Shown: one piece after another, positions 49,401 through 61,400 of the stretch
Layout of the letters: each line of letters opens with the position of its first letter
Numbering within the stretch: position 1 is the stretch's first letter
Assembly (NCBI RefSeq): GCF_009914755.1
Contig: NC_060944.1
Source of the DNA: the human T2T-CHM13v2.0 reference genome, Homo sapiens
Length of the DNA: 64,000 nucleotides
Direction: 5' to 3' (one strand)
The notes under the pieces: model-generated
Told to the model about the DNA's origin: nothing
Seen by the model: the letters and a program-made list of their open reading frames with translations, nothing else
Database searches by the model: none
Translations under genes and position numbers: made by a program

Positions 49401-52400
49401 TTTGTTAGAATCTTCAAGTGGATATTTGGATAGCTTTGAGGCTTTCATTGGAAACGGGAATATCTACACATAAGAACTAGACAGAAGCATTCTCAGAAAG
49501 TTCTTTATGAAGTTCGCATTCAACTCACAGAATTGTACCTTCCTTTTCACACAGCAGTTTTGAGACATTCTTTTTGTAGAATCTGCAAGTGGACATTTGA
49601 AGTGATTTGAGACTTAGGGTGAAAAAGGGATATCTTCCCATAAAAAGTTGACAGAAGCATTCTCAGAAACGACTTTCTGATTTGTGTACTCAACTCACAG
49701 AGTTAAACCTTTCCTTTGATACAGCAGTTTGGAAACACTCTTCTTGTAGAATTTACAAGCGGATATAAGGACTGCAGTGAGGAATTCATCGGAAACGGAA
49801 TATCTTCACATAAAAGTAGACAGAAGCATTCTCAGAAAGTTCTTTGTAATGTGTGCATTCAACTCACAGAGTTGAAACTTTCTTTTGATAGAGCAGATTG
49901 GAATCCCTCTTTTTGTAGAATTTGCAAGTGGATATCTAGACAGCTTTGAGGCCTTCCCTGGAAACGAGTGTATCTTCACATAAACACTAGACAGAAGCAT
50001 CCTCAGAAACTTGTTGGTGATGCTTGCATTCAACTCACAGAATTGAACATTTCTTTTCCTAGAGCAGTTTTGAAACACTCTTTTTGTAGTATCTGGAAGT
50101 GGACAGTTGGAGCACTTTGAGGCCTAGGGTGAAAAAGGAAATATCTTCACATAAAAACTAGACAGAAGCATTCTCTGAAACTTCTTGGTTATGTGTGTAC
50201 TCAACTCACAGAGTTGAACTTATCTTCTCATAGATCAGATTTGAAACCCTCTTTTTGTAGAGTCTGCAAGTGCATATTTGGATAGCTTTGAGGATTTCAT
50301 TGGAAACGGGAATATCTTCCCATAAAAACTAGAAAGGAGCATTCTCAGAAACTTCTTTGTGATGCTTGCATTCAACTCACTGAGTTGAACATTCCCTTTC
50401 ATACAGCAGTTCTCAAACACTCTTTTTGTAGTATCTGGAAGTGGACCTTTGGAGCGCTTTGAGGCCTAGGGTGAAAAAGGAAATATCCTCACCTAAAAAC
50501 TAGACAGAAGCATTCTCAGAAACTTCTTTGTGATGTGTGTAGTCAACTCACAGAGTTGAACCTTTCTTTTGATACAGCACTTTTGAAACACTCTTTTTGT
50601 AGAATCTGCAAGTGGTTATTTGGATAGCTTTGAGGCTTTGATTGGAAACGGGAATATCTTCACAAAAAAACTAGACAGAAGCATTCTCAGAAACTTCTTT
50701 ATGAAGTTTGCATGCAACTCACAGAGTTGAACTTTCCGTTCCATACAGCAGTTTTGAAACTCTCTTTTTCTAGAATCTGTAAGTGGAAACTTGGAGCGCT
50801 TCGAGGCCTATGGTGGAAAAGGGAATATCTTCCCATAAAAAGTAGACAGAAGAATTCTCAGTAACTACTTTGTGATGTGTGTACTCAACTCACAGAGTTG
50901 AACTTTTCTTTTGAAAGAGAAGTTTTGAAACACTCTTTTTGTAGAATCTGCAAATGGGTATTTAGCCTGCTTTGAGGCCTTCATTGGAAACGGGAATATC
51001 TTCACATAAAACTAGACAGAAGCATTCTCAGAAACTTCGTTGTGATGTGTGCATTCAACTCCCAGAGTTGAAGCTCTCTTTTGATAGAGCAGTTCTGAAA
51101 CAATCTTTTTGTGGTATCTGGAAGTGGACGTTTGGAGCGATTCGAGGCCTATGGTGAAAAAGGCAATATCTTCACCTAAAAATTAGACAGAAGCATTCTC
51201 AGAAACTGCTTTGTGATATGTGTAGTCAACTCACAGATTTGAAACTTGGTTTTGATGCAGCAGTTTTGAAACACTCTTTTTGTTAGAATCTTCAAGTGGA
51301 TATTTGGATAGCTTTGAGGCTTTCATTGGAAACGGGAATATCTACACATAAGAACTAGACAGAAGCATTCTCAGAAAGTTCTTTATGAAGTTCGCATTCA
51401 ACTCACAGAGTTGTACCTTCCTTTTCACACAGCAGTTTTGAGACATTCTTTTTGTAGAATCTGCAAGTGGACATTTGGAGTGATTTGAGACTTAGGGTGA
51501 AAAAGGGATATCTTCCCATAAAAAGTTGACAGAAGCATTCTCAGAAACGACTTTCTGATTTGTGTACTCAACTCACAGAGTTAAACCTTTCCTTTGATAC
51601 AGCAGTTTGGAAGCACTCTTCTTGTAGAATTTACAAGCGGATATAAGGACAGCAGTGAGGAATTCATCGGAAACGGAATATCTTCACATAAAAGTAGACA
51701 GAAGCATTCTCAGAAAGTTCTTTGTAATGTGTGCATTCAACTCACAGAGTTGAAACTTTCTTTTGATAGAGCAGATTGGAAGCCCTCTTTTCGTAGAATT
51801 TGCAAGTGGATATCTGGACAGCTTTGAGGCCTTCCCTGGAAACGAGTGTATCTTCACATAAACACTAGACAGAAGCATCCTCAGAAACTTGTTGGTGATG
51901 CTTGCATTCAACTCACAGAATTGAACTTTTCTTTTCCTAGAGCAGTTTTGAAACACTCTTTTTGTAGTATCTGGTAGTGGACAGTTGGAGCACTTTGAGG
52001 CCTAGGGTGAAAAAGGAAATATCTTCACATAAAAGCTAGACAGAAGCATTCTCTGAAACTTCTTGGTTATGTGTGTACTCAACTCACAGAGTTGAACTTA
52101 TCTTCTCATAGATCTGATTTGAAACCCTCTTTTTGTAGAGTCTGCAAGTGCATATTTGGATAGCTTTGAGGATTTCATTGGAAACGGGAATATCTTCCCA
52201 TAAAAACTAGAAAGAAGCATTCTCAGAAACTTCTTTGTGATGCTTGCATTCAACTCACTGAGTTGAACATTCCCTTTCGTACAGCAGTTCTCAAACACTC
52301 TTTTCGTAGTATCTGGAAGTGGACCTTTGGAGCGCTTTGAGGCCTAGGGTGAAAAAGGAAATATCCTCACCTAAAAACTAGACAGAAGCATTCTCAGAAA

Positions 52401-55400
52401 CTTCTTTGTGATGTGTGTAGTCAACTCACAGAGTTGAACCTTTCTTTTGATACAGCACTTTTGAAACACTCTTTTTGTAGAATCTGCAAGTGGTTATTTT
52501 GATAGCTTTGAGGCTTTGATTGGAAACGGGAATATCTTCACATAAAAACTAGACAGAAGCATTCTCAGAAACTTCTTTATGAAGTTTGCATTCAACTCAC
52601 AGAGTTGAAGTTTCCGTTCCATACAGCAGTTTTGAAACTCTCTTTTTCTAGAATCTTTAAGTGGAAACTTGGAGCGCTTCGAGGCCTATGGTGGAAAAGG
52701 GAATATCTTCCCATAAAAAGTAGACAGAAGAATTCTCAGTAACTACTTTGTGATGTGTGTACTCAACTCACAGAGTTGAACTTTTCTTTTGAAAGAGAAG
52801 TTTTGAAACACTCTTTTTGTAGAATCTGCAAATGGGTATTTAGCCTGCTTTGAGGCCTTCATTGGAAACGGGAATATCTTCACATAAAACTAGACAGAAG
52901 CATTCTCAGAAACTTCGTTGTGATGTGTGCATTCAACTCCCAGAGTTGAAGCTCTCTTTTGATAGAGCAGTTCTGAAACAATCTTTTTGTGGTATCTGGA
53001 AGTGGACGTTTGGAGCGATTCGAGGCCTATGGTGAAAAAGGCAATATCTTCACCTAAAAATTAGACAGAAGCATTCTCAGAAACTGCTTTGTGATATGTG
53101 TAGTCAACTCACAGATTTGAAACGTGGTTTTGATGCAGCAGTTTTGAAACACTCTTTTTGTTAGAATCTTCAAGTGGATATTTGGATAGCTTTGAGGCTT
53201 TCATTGGAAACGGGAATATCTACACATAAGAACTAGACAGAAGCATTCTCAGAAAGTTCTTTATGAAGTTCGCATTCAACTCACAGAGTTGTACCTTCCT
53301 TTTCACACAGCAGTTTTGAGACATTCTTTTTGTAGAATCTGCATGTGGACATTTGGAGTGATTTGAGACTTAGGGTGAAAAAGGGATATCTTCCCATAAA
53401 AAGTTGACAGAAGCATTCTCAGAAACGACTTTCTGATTTGTGTACTCAACTCACAGAGTTAAACCTTTCCTTTGATACAGCAGTTTGGAAACACTCTTCT
53501 TGTAGAATTTACAAGCGGATATAAGGACTGCAGTGATTAATTCATCGGAAACGGAATATCTTCACATAAAAGTAGACAGAAGCATTCTCAGAAAGTTCTT
53601 TGTAATGTGTGCATTCAACTCACAGAGTTGAAACTTTCTTTTGATAGAGCAGATTGGAAGCCCTCTTTTTGTAGAATTTGCAAGTGGATATCTGGACAGC
53701 TTTGAGGCCTTCCCTGGAAACGAGTGTATCTTCACATAAACACTAGACAGAAGCATCCTCATAAACTTGTTGGTGATGCTTGCATTCAACTCACAGAATT
53801 GAACATTTCTTTTCCTAGAGCAGTTTTGAAACACTCTTTTTGTAGTATCTGGAAGTGGACAGTTGGAGCACTTTGAGGCCTAGGGTGAAAAAGGAAATAT
53901 CTTCACATAAAAACTAGACAGAAGCATTCTCTGAAACTTCTTGGTTATGTGTGTACTCAACTCACAGAGTTGAACTTATCTTCTCATAGATCAGATTTGA
54001 AACCCTCTTTTTGTAGAGTCTGCAAGTGCATATTTGGATAGCTTTGAGGATTTCATTGGAAACGGGAATATCTTCCCATAAAAACTAGAAAGAAGCATTC
54101 TCAGAAACTTCTTTGTGATGCTTGCATTCAACTCACTGAGTTGAACATTCCCTTTCATACAGCAGTTCTCAAACACTCTTTTTGTAGTATCTGGAAGTGG
54201 ACATTTGGAGCGCTTTGAGGCCTAGGGTGAAAAAGGAAATATCCTCACCTAAAAACTAGACAGAAGCATTCTCAGAAACTTCTTTGTGATGTGTGTAGTC
54301 AACTCACAGAGTTGAACCTTTCTTTTGATACAGCACTTTTGAAACACTCTTTTTGTAGAATCTGCAAGTGGTTATTTGGATAGCTTTGAGGCTTTGATTG
54401 GAAACGGGAATATCTTCACAAAAAAACTAGACAGAAGCATTCTCAGAAACTTCTTTATGAAGTTTGCATTCAACTCACAGAGTTGAACTTTCCGTTCCAT
54501 ACAGCAGTTTTGAAACTCTCTTTTTCTAGAATCTGTAAGTGGAAACTTGGAGCGCTTCGAGGCCTATGGTGGAAAAGGGAATATCTTCCCATAAAAAGTA
54601 GACAGAAGAATTCTCAGTAACTTCTTTGTGATGTGTGTACTCAACTCACAGAGTTGAACTTTTCTTTTGAAAGAGAAGTTTTGAAACACTCTTTTTGTAG
54701 AATCTGCAAATGGGTATTTAGCCTGCTTTGAGGCTTTCATTGGAAACGGGAATATCTTCACATAAAACTAGACAGAAGCATTCTCAGAAACTTCGTTGTG
54801 ATGTGTGCATTCAACTCCCAGAGTTGAAGCTCTCTTTTGATAGAGCAGTTCTGAAACAATCTTTTTGTGGTATCTGGAAGTGGACGTTTGGAGCGATTCG
54901 AGGCCTATGGTGAAAAAGGCAATATCTTCACCTAAAAATTAGACAGAGGCATTCTCAGAAACTGCTTTGTGATATGTGTAGTCAACTCACAGATTTGAAA
55001 CGTGGTTTTGATGCAGCAGTTTTGAAACACTCTTTTTGTTAGAATCTTCAAGTGGATATTTGGATAGCTTTGAGGCTTTCATTGGAAACGGGAATATCTA
55101 CACATAAGAACTAGACAGAAGCATTCTCAGAAAGTTCTTTATGAAGTTCGCATTCAACTCACAGAATTGTACCTTCCTTTTCACACAGCAGTTTTGAGAC
55201 ATTCTTTTTGTAGAATCTGCAAGTGGACATTTGAAGTGATTTGAGACTTAGGGTGAAAAAGGGATATCTTCCCATAAAAAGTTGACAGAAGCATTCTCAG
55301 AAACGACTTTCTGATTTGTGTACTCAACTCACAGAGTTAAACCTTTCCTTTGATACAGCAGTTTGGAAACACTCTTCTTGTAGAATTTACAAGCGGATAT

Positions 55401-58400
55401 AAGGACTGCAGTGAGGAATTCATCGGAAACGGAATATCTTCACATAAAAGTAGACAGAAGCATTCTCAGAAAGTTCTTTGTAATGTGTGCATTCAACTCA
55501 CAGAGTTGAAACTTTCTTTTGATAGAGCAGATTGGAATCCCTCTTTTTGTAGAATTTGCAAGTGGATATCTAGACAGCTTTGAGGCCTTCCCTGGAAACG
55601 AGTGTATCTTCACATAAACACTAGACAGAAGCATCCTCAGAAACTTGTTGGTGATGCTTGCATTCAACTCACAGAATTGAACATTTCTTTTCCTAGAGCA
55701 GTTTTGAAACACTCTTTTTGTAGTATCTGGAAGTGGACAGTTGGAGCACTTTGAGGCCTAGGGTGAAAAAGGAAATATCTTCACATAAAAACTAGACAGA
55801 AGCATTCTCTGAAACTTCTTGGTTATGTGTGTACTCAACTCACAGAGTTGAACTTATCTTCTCATAGATCAGATTTGAAACCCTCTTTTTGTAGAGTCTG
55901 CAAGTGCATATTTGGATAGCTTTGAGGATTTCATTGGAAACGGGAATATCTTCCCATAAAAACTAGAAAGGAGCATTCTCAGAAACTTCTTTGTGATGCT
56001 TGCATTCAACTCACTGAGTTGAACATTCCCTTTCATACAGCAGTTCTCAAACACTCTTTTTGTAGTATCTGGAAGTGGACCTTTGGAGCGCTTTGAGGCC
56101 TAGGGTGAAAAAGGAAATATCCTCACCTAAAAACTAGACAGAAGCATTCTCAGAAACTTCTTTGTGATGTGTGTAGTCAACTCACACAGTTGAACCTTTC
56201 TTTTGATACAGCACTTTTGAAACACTCTTTTTGTAGAATCTGCAAGTGGTTATTTTGAGAGCTTTGAGGCTTTGATTGGAAACGGGAATATCTTCACAAA
56301 AAAACTAGACAGAAGCATTCTCAGAAACTTCTTTATGAAGTTTGCATTCAACTCACAGAGTTGAACTTTCCGTTCCATACAGCAGTTTTGAAACTCTCTT
56401 TTTCTAGAATCTGTAAGTGGAAACTTGGAGCGCTTCGAGGCCTATGGTGGAAAAGGGAATATCTTCCCATAAAAAGTAGACAGAAGAATTCTCAGTAACT
56501 TCTTTGTGATGTGTGTACTCAACTCACAGAGTTGAACTTTTCTTTTGAAAGAGAAGTTTTGAAACACTCTTTTTGTAGAATCTGCAAATGGGTATTTAGC
56601 CTGCTTTGAGGCTTTCATTGGAAACGGGAATATCTTCACATAAAACTAGACAGAAGCATTCTCAGAAACTTCGTTGTGATGTGTGCATTCAACTCCGAGA
56701 GTTGAAGCTCTCTTTTGATAGAGCAGTTCTGAAACAATCTTTTTGTGGTATCTGGAAGTGGACGTTTGGAGCGATTCGAGGCCTATGGTGAAAAAGGCAA
56801 TATCTTCACCTAAAAATTAGACAGAAGCATTCTCAGAAACTGCTTTGTGATATGTGTAGTCAACTCACAGATTTGAAACTTGGTTTTGATACAGCAGTTT
56901 TGAAACACTCTTTTTGTTAGAATCTTCAAGTGGATATTTGGATAGCTTTGAGGCTTTCATTGGAAACGGGAATATCTACACATAAGAACTAGACAGAAGC
57001 ATTCTCAGAAAGTTCTTTATGAAGTTCGCATTCAACTCACAGAGTTGTACCTTCCTTTTCACACAGCAGTTTTGAGACATTCTTTTTGTAGAATCTGCAA
57101 GTGGACATTTGGAGTGATTTGAGACTTAGGGTGAAAAAGGGATATCTTCCCGTAAAAAGTTGACAGAAGCATTCTGAGAAACGACTTTTTGATTTGTGTA
57201 CTCAACTCACAGAGTTAAACCTTTCCTTTGATACAGCAGTTTGGACACACTCTTCTTGTAGAATTTACAAGCGGATATAAGGACTGCAGTGAGGAATTCA
57301 TCGGAAACGGAATATCTTCACATAAAAGTAGACAGAAGCATTCTCAGAAAGTTCTTTGTAATGTGTGCATTCAACTCACAGAGTTGAAACTTTCTTTTGA
57401 TGGAGCAGATTGGAAGCCCTCTTTTTGTAGAATTTGCAAGAGGATATCTGGACAGCTTTGAGGCCTTCCCTGGAAACGAGTGTATCTTCACATAAACACT
57501 AGACAGAAGCATCCTCAGAAACTTGTTGGTGATGCTTGCATTCAACTCACAGAATTGAACATTTCTTTTCCTAGAGCAGTTTTGAAACACTCTTTTTGTA
57601 GTATCTGGAAGTGGACAGTTGGAGCACTTTGAGGCCTAGGGTGAAAAAGGAAATATCTTCACATAAAAACTAGACAGAAGCATTCTCTGAAACTTCTTGG
57701 TTATGTGTGTACTCAACTCACAGAGTTGAACTTATCTTCTCATAGATCAGATTTGAAACCCTCTTTTTGTAGAGTCTGCAAGTGCATATTTGGATAGCTT
57801 TGAGGATTTCATTGGAAACGGGAATATCTTCCCATAAAAACTAGAAAGAAGCATTCTCAGAAACTTCTTTGTGATGCTTGCATTCAACTCACTGAGTTGA
57901 ACATTCCCTTTCGTACAGCAGTTCTCAAACACTCTTTTTGTAGTATCTGGAAGTGGACCTTTGGAGCGCTTTGAGGCCTAGGGTGAAAAAGGAAATATCC
58001 TCACCTAAAAACTAGACAGAAGCATTCTCAGAAACTTCTTTGTGATGTGTGTAGTCAACTCACACAGTTGAACCTTTCTTTTGATACAGCACTTTTGAAA
58101 CACTCTTTTTGTAGAATCTGCAAGTGGTTATTTTGAGAGCTTTGAGGCTTTGATTGGAAACGGGAATATCTTCACAAAAAAACTAGACAGAAGCATTCTC
58201 AGAAACTTCTTTATGAAGTTTGCATTCAACTCACAGAGTTGAACTTTCCGTTCCATACAGCAGTTTTGAAACTCTCTTTTTCTAGAATCTGTAAGTGGAA
58301 ACTTGGAGCGCTTCGAGGCCTATGGTGGAAAAGGGAATATCTTCCCATAAAAAGTAGACAGAAGAATTCTCAGTAACTACTTTGTGATGTGTGTACTCAA

Positions 58401-61400
58401 CTCACAGAGTTGAACTTTTCTTTTGAAAGAGAAGTTTTGAAACACTCTTTTTGTAGAATCTGCAAATGGGTATTTAGCCTGCTTTGAGGCCTTCATTGGA
58501 AACGGGAATATCTTCACATAAAACTAGACAGAAGCATTCTCAGAAACTTCGTTGTGATGTGTGCATTCAACTCCCAGAGTTGAAGCTCTCTTTTGATAGA
58601 GCAGTTCTGAAACAATCTTTTTGTGGTATCTGGAAGTGGACGTTTGGAGCGATTCGAGGCCTATGGTGAAAAAGGCAATATCTTCACCTAAAAATTAGAC
58701 AGAAGCATTCTCAGAAACTGCTTTGTGATATGTGTAGTCAACTCACAGATTTGAAACGTGGTTTTGATGCAGCAGTTTTGAAACACTCTTTTTGTTAGAA
58801 TCTTCAAGTGGATATTTGGATAGCTTTGAGGCTTTCATTGGAAACGGGAATATCTACACATAAGAACTAGACAGAAGCATTCTCAGAAAGTTCTTTATGA
58901 AGTTCGCATTCAACTCACAGAGTTGTACCTTCCTTTTCACACAGCAGTTTTGAGACATTCTTTTTGTAGAATCTGCAAGTGGACATTTGAAGTGATTTGA
59001 GACTTAGGGTGAAAAAGGGATATCTTCCCATAAAAAGTTGACAGAAGCATTCTCAGAAACGACTTTCTGATTTGTGTACTCAACTCACAGAGTTAAACCT
59101 TTCCTTTGATACAGCAGTTTGGAAACACTCTTCTTGTAGAATTTACAAGCGGATATAAGGACTGCAGTGAGGAATTCATCGGAAACGGAATATCTTCACA
59201 TAAAAGTAGACAGAAGCATTCTCAGAAAGTTCTTTGTAATGTGTGCATTCAACTCACAGAGTTGAAACTTTCTTTTGATGGAGCAGATTGGAAGCCCTCT
59301 TTTTGTAGAATTTGCAAGTGGATATCTGGACAGCTTTGAGGCCTTCCCTGGAAACGAGTGTATCTTCACATAAACACTAGACAGAAGCATCCTCAGAAAC
59401 TTGTTGGTGATGCTTGCATTCAACTCACAGAATTGAACATTTCTTTTCCTAGAGCAGTTTTGAAACACTCTTTTTGTAGTATCTGGAAGTGGACAGTGGG
59501 AGCACTTTGAGGCCTAGGGTGAAAAAGGAAATATCTTCACATAAAAACTAGACAGAAGCATTCTCTGAAACTTCTTGGTTATGTGTGTACTCAACTCACA
59601 GAGTTGAACTTATCTTCTCATAGATCAGATTTGAAACCCTCTTTTTGTAGAGTCTGCAAGTGCATATTTGGATAGCTTTGAGGATTTCATTGGAAACGGG
59701 AATATCTTCCCATAAAAACTAGAAAGGAGCATTCTCAGAAACTTCTTTGTGATGCTTGCATTCAACTCACTGAGTTGAACATTCCCTTTCATACAGCAGT
59801 TCTCAAACACTCTTTTTGTAGTATCTGGAAGTGGACCTTTGGAGCGCTTTGAGGCCTAGGGTGAAAAAGGAAATATCCTCACCTAAAAACTAGACAGAAG
59901 CATTCTCAGAAACTTCTTTGTGATGTGTGTAGTCAACTCACAGAGTTGAACCTTTCTTTTGATACAGCACTTTTGAAACACTCTTTTTGTAGAATCTGCA
60001 AGTGGTTATTTGGATAGCTTTGAGGCTTTGATTGGAAACGGGAATATCTTCACAAAAAAACTAGACAGAAGCATTCTCAGAAACTTCTTTATGAAGTTTG
60101 CATTCAACTCACAGAGTTGAACTTTCCGTTCCATACAGCAGTTTTGAAACTCTCTTTTTCTAGAATCTGTAAGTGGAAACTTGGAGCGCTTCGAGGCCTA
60201 TGGTGGAAAAGGGAATATCTTCCCATAAAAAGTAGACAGAAGAATTCTCAGTAACTACTTTGTGATGTGTGTACTCAACTCACAGAGTTGAACTTTTCTT
60301 TTGAAAGAGAAGTTTTGAAACACTCTTTTTGTAGAATCTGCAAATGGGTATTTAGCCTGCTTTGAGGCCTTCATTGGAAACGGGAATATCTTCACATAAA
60401 ACTAGACAGAAGCATTCTCAGAAACTTCGTTGTGATGTGTGCATTCAACTCCCAGAGTTGAAGCTCTCTTTTGATAGAGCAGTTCTGAAACAATCTTTTT
60501 GTGGTATCTGGAAGTGGACGTTTGGAGCGATTCGAGGCCTATGGTGAAAAAGGCAATATCTTCACCTAAAAATTAGACAGAAGCATTCTCAGAAACTGCT
60601 TTGTGATATGTGTAGTCAACTCACAGATTTGAAACTTGGTTTTGATGCAGCAGTTTTGAAACACTCTTTTTGTTAGAATCTTCAAGTGGATATTTGGATA
60701 GCTTTGAGGCTTTCATTGGAAACGGGAATATCTACACATAAGAACTAGACAGAAGCATTCTCAGAAAGTTCTTTATGAAGTTCGCATTCAACTCACAGAG
60801 TTGTACCTTCCTTTTCACACAGCAGTTTTGAGACATTCTTTTTGTAGAATCTGCAAGTGGACATTTGGAGTGATTTGAGACTTAGGGTGAAAAAGGGATA
60901 TCTTCCCATAAAAAGTTGACAGAAGCATTCTCAGAAACGACTTTCTGATTTGTGTACTCAACTCACAGAGTTAAACCTTTCCTTTGATACAGCAGTTTGG
61001 AAACACTCTTCTTGTAGAATTTACAAGCGGATATAAGGACAGCAGTGAGGAATTCATTGGAAACGGAATATCTTCACATAAAAGTAGACAGAAGCATTCT
61101 CAGAAAGTTCTTTGTAATGTGTGCATTCAACTCACAGAGTTGAAACTTTCTTTTGATAGAGCAGATTGGAAGCCCTCTTTTCGTAGAATTTGTAAGTGGA
61201 TATCTGGACAGCTTTGAGGCCTTCCCTGGAAACGAGTGTATCTTCACATAAACACTAGACAGAAGCATCCTCAGAAACTTGTTGGTGATGCTTGCATTCA
61301 ACTCACAGAATTGAACATTTCTTTTCCTAGAGCAGTTTTGAAGCACTCTTTTTGTAGTATCTGGTAGTGGACAGTTGGAGCACTTTGAGGCCTAGGGTGA

